Below, piece by piece: positions 32,969 through 44,846 of a stretch of DNA of 64,000 nt (position 1 is the stretch's first letter; every line of letters begins with the position of its first letter). The position numbers and the translations under genes are program-made. The DNA is from Chrysomallon squamiferum (taxonomy: Eukaryota; Animalia; Mollusca). The stretch spans positions 11,408,001 through 11,472,000 of the forward strand of contig CM022668.1 of assembly GCA_012295275.1 (NCBI GenBank). The letters are read 5' to 3'. The notes under the pieces were generated by a model, which was not told the DNA's origin, ran no database searches, and was given only the letters and a program-made list of their open reading frames with translations.

Positions 32969-34000
32969 TGATGATGATGATGATAACAATAACATTGATA
33001 ACAGAAATAATAATAATAATAATAATAACAATAATGATGATGATAATAATAATAATAATGATTACAATAATAATTATGATGATGATGATGGTAATAATGA
33101 TAATACCAGGACACTTCGTGTGTGTATCACAAACTGTACTTATTGTTTTGGAACCGTTTCCTTGACAAAACCTTCCTCCATATTTTGGTTCCGGATTATT
33201 GCAGTTGCGTTTATATTTCACATTACGCCAACCAGAAGCACATGTAACACTGCATGGATATTTTCTGTATTGTTCCCAGGAACTCCATGCACCATTAACT
33301 GAAATTTTGAATTGAATTAATTTGAAGTGAAATATAAAATCGTCAGCAGGAATAAATATTTTCCATTGATAAAGAATGAAAATGAAATTACAAGATTTAC
33401 AAGATATTTTGTTTAGAGAAAGGTAAAATAAGAATTTAAATAAATATATAGAGAAGTAAATGAATAAATATATTACTAGATAAAGAGATAACTATAAAAA
33501 TAAATTAATTAATGAAGAAATAAATAAATAGATAAATAAATTAAGAAACAAACAAGAAACAAACACAAATAAAGAAATAAAATAGCAGAGAGTATTATAT
33601 AAAGTTTACCAAACTAAGGACAAATTATGTTCGTTGTGGAGATAGATAAACAGAGGTTCTGGTATTAGTAGTAGTTTTAAAATAAATAGTAGAAATCGTG
33701 AAAAGAAAATGAGCAAAGAGGCAGTTATCCTATAAAAACATGTTATTTTTTGTTTTTGTTTTTCTACATTTTTAATAATAATAATAATAATAATAAAATA
33801 AACAACAACAACAACAAAAACAAAAACAACAATAACAATAATAATAATAAAAACAGTAATAATAAAAACAACACAATAATAAGAACTACAATAACAATAA
33901 TAATAACAACAACAATAATACCAATAACAACAACAATAATAATCCTAACAATAACAACAGGAATAAAAAGAATAAAAATGACAGCAATTGTAATAGTAGC

Positions 34001-34033
<33 letters not shown>

Positions 34034-34363
34034 AATAACAATAATAATACCAGGACAGTTCACATTTGTTTCGCATTTAGTATTCATAACTTGAAAGGCA
34101 TCACCAGAACAATGTTTTCCTCCAAACTGCGGTCTGGGATTATTGCAGTTACGTCTGTATTTGACATTATGCCAACCAGAGGCACACGTAACGCTACATC
34201 TATACCTTCTATGTATTTCCCAGGCTCCCCATCCGCCGTCAACTGAAATATAAATGGCATAGAATATAGGTGTGATAAAAGTCGGATGTCAAAATGGTAA
34301 AACAGGTACGATGTTTGTTGTGATAACCGATATTCGATTTCCTTTTCTATACTTTTATTTTAA

Positions 34364-34413
<50 letters not shown>

Positions 34414-35214
34414 CGGGACAGTTGATATTTGCTTGACATGTGGCATTTACTGTTTTCGAACTTTCTCCACGACAACTTCTTCCTCCCAACTGTGGTTTTG
34501 GATTACTACACTTTCGTCTGTAATCGACATTAAGCCAACCAGAAGCACAAGTAACACTGCAGGGATGATTTCTGTACTGTTCCCATGTACCCCACCCTCC
34601 ATGAACTGAAACACAAACACAACTAGATTAAATAAGATAATAAAAAGAAAAAAGACAACAAAAAATGATAATATTTTAACATTCGTCACAAGCTACGGCC
34701 GAAATCTAACAGTGGACGTAATGAGATGTTTATGCATCAGGGAAAAAAAATGCTCATTAAGCTAGCAATCCATCTGTTAGTAAGGACGGAGAAGTACCAG
34801 TTGCAGTCATAAGTAGAGCCATTTTCAAAAATATCATCATCTGATTCAGAATTGTTGGATAAGAATTTCAGTTACATTGCTGGCAAACCATTATGGCTCA
34901 TTAAATAGTAAACATGAAATAAGACAATACAAATTACCACCATCACCACCACCACCGTTGGAAAAACACACACATATTACCGAGAATAAGCAGCAAAGCC
35001 ATTTCTGTGAATCTGGAATTCCATAAAATTCGATCGGCATAGCTATGGCAGCTGTATTCTGTTATCTCCCTTTACCTCGATGCCATAAGTACGTGTATAT
35101 ATTGTTCAGTGCTTAATCCAAAATAACAATGATGATTATAATGCTGGAGATGATGATCATGATGATGATGATAATAATAATAATAATACTAATATTAATA
35201 ATAATTATAATAAT

Positions 35215-35249
<35 letters not shown>

Positions 35250-36888
35250 CAGGACACGTGATATTCGTGCCACACGTAATATTAATTGTTTTGAAATCAT
35301 TTCCAATACAATTTCGTCCTCCAAACTGCGGTGTTGGATTACTGCAGTGACGTCTGTAATCGATCCTCCGCCATCCAGAAGCACAAGTAACACTGCACTG
35401 ATGATATTTGAACTGTTGCCATAAACCCCAGCTACCATGAACTGAAATATGAATACCCAAAACAAAATTAACAAAAAGAAGAATGTAAAATTCTATATCT
35501 AGTGCAAAAGATGAAATGAACAATTATTGTTTTGCTCTGGTAATGTTGTTATTGTTGCTGTTATGATTTTTGTTATTGTTGTTGTTATTGCTGTTGTTGT
35601 TATTATTCTAAACATAAAACAACCACAGTTGGTTTTTTTAATAATAATAATAGCATTAATAATAACAATTCTACTAATAATAACAACAACGATAAATTAA
35701 TCATTGTAATAATAATAATTGTAATAATAATGATAATAATAATAATAATAACAACAGAAACAACAAAACAACAAAAACAATAATAGTAATTATATTAATA
35801 ATAATTACAATAACGTTAATAACAATAATAATATTAATAACAGTACCAGGACACTTGATATTTATGATGCAGGTTTTACGCATTGTCTTGTCTCTTCTTC
35901 CAGGACACAACGTGCCACCGTATTTTGGTTTGGGGTTATTACATCTCCGCCTCAATCCAACTATTTGCCAACCCTTCTCGCAAGTAACACTACACGAATA
36001 ATTCCTGTATTGTATCCATGAACTCCACCGGCCATGAACTAGAAAAACATAGATTTAAAAAAAAAATTGGTTAGAACAGAGAGGACCAATGACAGTTAAA
36101 TGGGCAATTATACAAGATTAATGTAATATAGTTTAGAACGTGGTTACTTGTGTCACTGTTAAGGTTTATGCCCGTGAATAGATGGATAATTAATATATTT
36201 TCAAAATGAAAAGTATATTACACTTTCTCTAAACTGCAATAGGATTCTGTGAATGTACACACATATATACATACATACATACATACAAACATACATACAT
36301 ACATACATACATACAGATTTACACACATATCCACATACATACATGCATACATACATAGAAACATCTAACCATAGACCTGTCCGTGCACGCTAATTTTAAA
36401 TAAATAAGTAAATGAATGAATTAAGAAAGAAAGAAAGAAAGAAAGAATACCAGGACACCTGACATTTGTGTTACGTCTGCCACATGTTGTTAATAATAAT
36501 GATGATGATGATAACAACAACAGCAATAACAAGATAAATCATACTAGGACAATTGACGTTTGTCCCACACGTGGTGTTAATTGTTTTGAAATTATTTCCA
36601 GGACAGTTTTTTCCTCCAAACTGTGGTCTTGGGTTCCTGCAGCTACGTCTATAATCAACTCTACGCCAACCAGAGGCACAAGTAACACTGCATGAATAAC
36701 TTTTATATTGCTGCCAGGAACTCCACTGGCCATCAACTGAAATATTTGTGAAACTAAAAATTCAGGATGGTAGATCTGATGTGAAAGAATTTGTTAAAAA
36801 AAAAAACTTCACTGTTTAACATTATATCTCGTCATCAAGGTAATGTTCGTATGATTTTAATAAGAAAAATAATGATCACAGTAAGAAG

Positions 36889-36920
<32 letters not shown>

Positions 36921-38015
36921 AAAACAATATACATTTATAAAATTTTAAAAATAGAATTACATAAAAAATACGACTCTTTTATCATATCACAAAAAGAACA
37001 TTTTAATGCTATCATGAATGCCAGTATGTAATACTAATAATAACAAGAACAACAATAACAAAACAAAAACAATAACAACAATAATAATAAAAACAGTAAT
37101 ACTAATAGTAATAATAATAATCAATGAGAGCAATAAAAACAACAACAACAACAGTACCTGGACATTTGACATTTGTCCAACACGTGGCATTCATTATTTT
37201 AAAACCAAGACAAACTATTATTATCAGTTTTTAATTTTACTAGTAATTCTACTATTCCTACTACTTCTTCTACTGATAATAACAGTAATAAGAGTAATAA
37301 TTTTACTAGGACAATGGACTTTTGTGTCTTAGGCGAAATTAACTGTTTTGAAATCAATTCCGGTACAGTTTCTTCCTCTAAACTGTGGTTTCGGATAACT
37401 GCAAGTACGTCTATAATCGATGTTCTGACAAACAGAGGCACAAATAACACTGCATGAATAATTTCTGGTTTTGGATTATATTCGACATTACGCAAACCTG
37501 AAGCACAGAGTGACGCTGCAAGGATCCATTTTATATTGTTGCAGGCATTCCATCTACCATCAACTGAAAAATAATCGAACTTGGGTATGATATGATACCA
37601 TGAAACGCAGTATAAGATAAAAAAAAAAAAAAAAAAATTGTAAAAATATCCTTCCGTATATATAAAATGATCTGTGTGACAAGTAACACAACACTGATAT
37701 TTACTGAACTGTTCCACGAACACTGACTGACTATTAACTGAAACACGAAATATCAAACGTAGACAAAATAGAATTTATGTGGACATTAATCAGTACTTTT
37801 TTCTTTGTCTTCATCAGAATACAGAAACTATAACAACTTAAATGTCAAGCAATAAATGATAACGCATGGACATTTCTCAAAACAGTCTGAGATAAATGAA
37901 AAAAAAAAATCATAAATAATAATAATAATAATAACGATCATAAGAAAAAGAAGAAGAAGAAAAAAAATCAAGAAGAAATTGACATAAACTTTGGAGGAAA
38001 AACAAATAATTGTGG

Positions 38016-38057
<42 letters not shown>

Positions 38058-38772
38058 TACAACAATAGCAACAATAATAACTCAAACAGTAATAATAGTA
38101 ATAAGAATAAAGATACTACTACTACTACTACTAACAATAACAAAAACAACAACAGTAAGAAGAAGAAGAAGAAGAAGAACTCAAACAGTAATAATAGTAA
38201 TAAGAATAAAGATACTACTACTACTAACAATAACAAAAACAACAACAGTAAGAAGAAGAAGGAGAAAATCGTACCAGGACAGCTGACGTTTGTCTCACAC
38301 GTGGTGTTATCTGTTTTGAAATTATTTCCAGGAAAATATCTTCCTCCGTGCTGTGGTCTTGGATTATTGCAGCTACGTCTATATTCAACATTAACAATAA
38401 CAGTAATAATAGTACCAATAACAGTAGTAGTAATAATAATACAAAATAATAATAATAGTAATAACAATAACAACTACCACAACACTAACAACAACAACAA
38501 CGATAACAACAACAATACCTTGGCACTTCCTGTGTGTATCACAAACTGTACTTTCTCTTTTATAACCAATTCCTTGACAATTGCTTCCACCAAATTTTGG
38601 TTCTGGATTATTGCATCTCCGTCCGTAGTTGATATTATGCCAACCAGAGTCACACGTAACACTGCATGGAAAGGACCGATACTGTTTCCAGGATCCTTAT
38701 CAACCATCAACTGAAATTTAAATGGCATAGAATAATATATCATAGAACGAGAAAGTTAGCATTTTACAGATG

Positions 38773-38805
<33 letters not shown>

Positions 38806-39693
38806 TATGGTAGTGGTAGTAGTAGTAATAATAATAGTACCGTAAGGTGGTAGTACAAATAATAGCAGTAGTTAAAGTATGTGCAGTAGACATGGTACTA
38901 GAAGAATTAATGGTATAGTATTGGCAGTAACAATAACATTACGTGTTAGTGTAGTAGTAATATTAGTGGCGGCAGCAACAACAACAAAACTACTACTAAT
39001 ACTAATACTAATATTACTGCTAATAATAATAATAATAAGAAGAAGAAGAAGAAGAAGAAGAAGAAAATCATACCAGGACAGTTGACGTTTCTCTCGCACG
39101 TGGTGGTGTTAATTGTTTTGAAATTTATTCCAGGACACTTTCTTCCTCCAAACTGTGGTCTAGGATTATTGCAGCTACGTCTGTATTGAACACTACGCCA
39201 ACCAGAAGCACAAGTGACACTGCACTGATAGGATCTAAACTGCTCGAACGTTGCCCATCTACCAACAACTGATATTTATATGGCATAGAGTAATAGTTCT
39301 TATTACTACTATTATTATTTTTGGTGGTGCTGATTTTCATTTTTACTTTTTTTTTTCTTTTTTCTTTAGCTGTTTTGTTGGCGGTTTTTTTGGTTGTTTT
39401 TCTGGGTTTTTTTTTTTTTTTTTTTTTTTGATCAAAAACAACAAAACTAGTGCTAGAAAAGAAGGAAAGACTTTATTACCTGTACTTTTTTTCTACTTTT
39501 TTCACAGAGTATTCTCATTTAAACCTTAAGAAGTTTTCTACTGTTTTAAATTAGATTCTCCTAGAGCCAGTTTTCATTCTGCATCATTTAGAATGGTTTA
39601 CAGGACATACACAAAATTATCAAAATCAAGACCTGGAATTTTGTAACTTGTAAACAGGTTTTATATAAGATAATCACATCGTAAATATTTACA

Positions 39694-39760
<67 letters not shown>

Positions 39761-41168
39761 TAACAAGAACAATAACAATAACAATAGTAATAATAACAAT
39801 AAAAATAGTAGAAATAATAAATAATAATAATAATAACAACAACAACAAAAACAACAGAAACCCTAACAACAACAATAACAATACCTGGGCACTTCCTGTG
39901 TGTATTACAAATTGCCATTTCTGTTTTAACACCAGCTCCTTTACAATTGCTTCCACCAAATTTTGGTTCTGGATTATTGCATCTCCGTCTGTAGTTGATA
40001 TTATGCCAACCAGAGTCACACGTAACACTGCACGGAAAGGACCGATACTGTTTCCAGGATCCCCATCCACCATCAACTGAAATATAAATGACATAGAATA
40101 ATGTATCATAGAACGAGAAAGTTAGCAATTTACAGATGAAAACAAATAAATAATAATAATATATATAGAGAAGTAGTAGTAATAATAATGATAATGATAA
40201 TAATAGTATTAATATGAAGAAAAAGACGAAGAAAACGAAGAAGAAATTGACATAAACATTGTATACAATACAAATAATCGTTATGATATAATAATAATAA
40301 CAGTAATAATAATCATAAAAATAAATACAGCAGCAACAAGAATAAGAGTAATAGTAATAATAGTAATACAAATAAAGATACTACTACTATTACTAACAAC
40401 AAAAAAAACAACAATAACATTAATAAGAAGAAGAAGAAAACGAAGAAGAAACTGACATAAACATTGTAAAATAAAAATAAACATGATATAATAATAACAA
40501 TAATAGTACTAATAATAATAAAAATAATTACAATAGGAACAAGAATAACACTAACAGTAAAAATAGTAATAATAATAAAGATACTACTACTAACAACAAC
40601 AACAACACTAACATTAATAATAATAATAAGAAGAAGAAGATGAAGAAGAATAAGGAGGAGAAAATTGTACCAGGACAGTTGACGTTGGTCTCACATGTGG
40701 TGTTAATTGTTTTGAAATTTATTCCAGAACAGTTTCTTCCTCCAAACTGCGGTCTAGGATTATTGCAGCTACGTCTATATTGAACATTACGCCAACCAGA
40801 AGCACAAGTGACACTGCACTGGTAGGTTCTATACTGCTCCCACCTTGCCCATCTACCATCAACTGATATTTAAATGGCATAGAATAATATATAATAAACA
40901 GTACTGGAAATTTAGCATTGTATATATGTAAGAAATGTGTGTTTGAGCGATTTCAAAAAATATTAATGTTATGATACCATGACACGTAGTTTAAGATACC
41001 AAAATATTCATAATTAAATATGAACCTCGACATTCAAAAACCTGCTCTACTTAAAGAATCGTTTGTTAATTAAAATATACTTTGTAAATGTTTAAGTGTG
41101 TGTAAAAGATAATTCAAAATACGAAGCACTAGTAGTGTAATAATAGTAAAGTAATAATAATAATAATA

Positions 41169-41219
<51 letters not shown>

Positions 41220-41278
41220 GTTTTATTATTTTATTATTTCTTTCTTTTTTCTATTCTATTCTATTTTTATTTTTTATT

Positions 41279-41321
<43 letters not shown>

Positions 41322-41601
41322 TTTTGGTTGTTTGTTTGTTCAGCAAAATCAACAAAACTAGTGCTAGAAAAGAAGGAAAGACTTTATTACTTTCTCTTTT
41401 TTTCTACTTTTTTCACAGAATTTTCTCATTTAAACCTAAAGAAGTTTTCTACTGTTTAAAATTAGATTCTCCTAAGGCCAGTTTTCATTCTGCATCATTT
41501 AGAATGGTTTACAGGACATACACAAAATTATCAAAATCAAGACCTGGAATTTTTTAACTTGTAAATAGGTTTTATATAAGATAATCACATCGTAAATATT
41601 T

Positions 41602-41638
<37 letters not shown>

Positions 41639-42071
41639 GTTATAATAATAGTAATAATAACAATAAAAGTTGTAGTAATAATAAATAATAATAATAACAA
41701 AAACAACAACAATAACAATACCTGGGCACTTCCTGTGTGTATCACAAACTGCACTTTCTCTTTTATAACCAGCTCCTTTACAATTGCTTCCTCCAAATTT
41801 TGGTTCTGGATTATTGCATCTCCGTCTGTAGTTGATATTACGCCAACCAGACTCACACGTAACACTGCACAGAAAGGACCGATACTGTTTCCAGGATCCC
41901 CATCCACCATCAACTGAAACATAAATGATATAGAATAATGTATCACAATAAGAGAAAGTTAGTGTTTCAAAGATGAGATAATAATAATAATAAGAAAGAA
42001 GAAGAAGAAGAAGAAGAAGAAAACGAAGAAGAATCTGACATAAATATTGTAGAATAAAAATAATAATTATG

Positions 42072-42119
<48 letters not shown>

Positions 42120-42709
42120 TAAAAATAACTACAATAGCAACAAGAATAACACTAACAGTAATAATAGTAATAAGAATAAAGATGCTACTACTAACAACAA
42201 CAACAATAACATTAATAATAATAATAATAAGAAGAAGAAGGAGAAAATCGTACCAGGACAGTTGACGTTGGTCTCACACGTGGTGGTAACTGTTTTGAAA
42301 TTATTTCCAGGACAGTCGCTTCCTCTGTACTTTGGTCTTGGATTATTGCAGCTACGTCTATACTGAACACTACGCCAACCAGAAGCGCAAGTGACACTGC
42401 ACTGATAGGTTCTATACTGCTCCCACCCTCCCCATCTACCATCAACTGATATTTAAATGGCATAGAATAATGTATAATAAACAGTACTACAAATTTAGCA
42501 TTGTATATATGTAAGAAATGTGTGTGTGAGAGCGATTCAAAAAATATTAATGTTATGATACCATGAAACGTAGTTTAAGATACCAAAACATTCATAATTA
42601 AATATGAACCTCGACATTCAAAAAACCTGCTCTACTTAAAGAATCGTTTGTTAATTAAAATATACTTTGCAAATGTTTAAGTTTGTGTAAAAGATAATTC
42701 AAAATACGA

Positions 42710-42748
<39 letters not shown>

Positions 42749-43490
42749 TTATTATTTCATTTTATTCTATTCTATTCTATTTTTATTTTTATTTTCATTT
42801 TTTATTTTATTTTTTATATTTTTATTGTTTTATTCTTTATTTATTTATTTATTTATTTTTGTGTTGTTGTTTTTTTTTTTTTTTTTTTTATGGGTTTTTT
42901 TTTTTTTTTTTTTTTTTGTTTTGTTTGTTTGTTTGTTCAGCAAAATCAACAAAACTAGTGCTAGAAAAGAAGGGAAGACTTTATTACCTTCTCTTTTTTT
43001 TCTACTTTTTCCCAGAGTCTTCTCATTTAAACCTAAAGAAGTTTTCTACTTTTTTAAAATAGAATCTCCTCTGGCCAGTTTTCGTGGCATCACAGGGAAT
43101 TAATGGTAGCACAGTAACAGTAATAACACTGGTGTAGTAGTTATATTAGTGCCAGCAGAATCAGCAACAACAAAAACAAAAGTATTTGTGACAACAACAA
43201 CAACAATAACAACAAGAAAAATCGTACCAGGACAGCTGACGTTGGTCTCACACGTGGTGGTAACTGATTTGAAATTACTTCCACGACATTTTCTTCCTCC
43301 AAACTGTGGTCTTGGATTATTGCAGCTACGTAGATACTGATCACTACGCCAACCAGAAGAGCAAGTGACACTGCACTGGTAGGATCTATACTTCTCCCAC
43401 TCTCCCCATCTACCATCAACTGATATATAAAAGGCGTAAACTAATCCATAATAGTACGATAGCATTTTAAAGATTATATATATAGATAGA

Positions 43491-43538
<48 letters not shown>

Positions 43539-43846
43539 TAGACAGATAATAACAAAAATTAATATAATGAAATATTCATAATTAAATATGAATATAGACA
43601 TTAAAAAAACTGCGCTACTTGAAGAATCGTTTGTTAATGAAAATATACTTTGTAAATGTTTTAGTTTGTGTAGATATTTCATTAAAATGAAGTAGTAGTA
43701 GTGTAATAATAGTAAAGTAATAATAATACAGTAATAATAATAATAATAAAAGCAGCAAGAACAACATCATAAGAATAACAATAAAAATAATAATAACAAC
43801 CACAATAATAGTAATAATAGTAATAACAACAACAACAACAACAATC

Positions 43847-43921
<75 letters not shown>

Positions 43922-44359
43922 TAAAATCAAGAAAAGCAGGGAAGACTTTATTTATTTATTTATTTTTTATTTTATTTTATTTTTCTATTTTATTTTCATG
44001 ACGTTTTCTCATTTAAACCTTAAAATTTGTTTTACTAATTTAAAAGAAATTATCTTCGGGCCAGTTTTCATTCTGGATCATCAAGAATGATTTACAGGAT
44101 ATACACATAAATATCAAAATGAAGACCTGAAATATTTTAACTTGTAGACAGATTGTATACAAGATCATCACATCGTAATTTGTTCAGTAATAACAATACT
44201 AATAATACTACTACTACTACTACTACTAATAATAATAATAATAATAATAATAAAAACAGCAAAAACAATCAAAATAATATTATAATAATAATAATAATAA
44301 TAATTACAGCAACAGCAAAAACAAGAACAATAATAATAACGATGATTATGATGATCATG

Positions 44360-44397
<38 letters not shown>

Positions 44398-44804
44398 GTT
44401 ACTACTTCTTCTACTAGTACTACTACTAATCATCATTTTAAAATCATCTCCATGACAATTTTTCCTCAATATTACGCCAACCAAAAGCACATGTAATAAC
44501 TTGCGAATAATGTTTAACTTGTGTCCACTGAAATACGAGTTGCATAGAATAAAATGTGATGAGTAGATGTTTTCATCTACATAGAAAGTCCTTGTGCAGT
44601 TTAAAATGTTTATACATTTGGATCTGTTCGCGATTGATTTGGATTCAAAGGATAAAACAAAATAATGTTTTCGATTTAAAATTATATTTATTGCTGCGAT
44701 TCTCAATTTAAATCATGACCATAGTCAGTAATGGTTTTGGTAAAAGAAGTAGTAGTTATGGTGATGCTAACAGTAGTAATAGTAGTAGTAGCAGCAGCGG
44801 CTGC

Positions 44805-44846
<42 letters not shown>

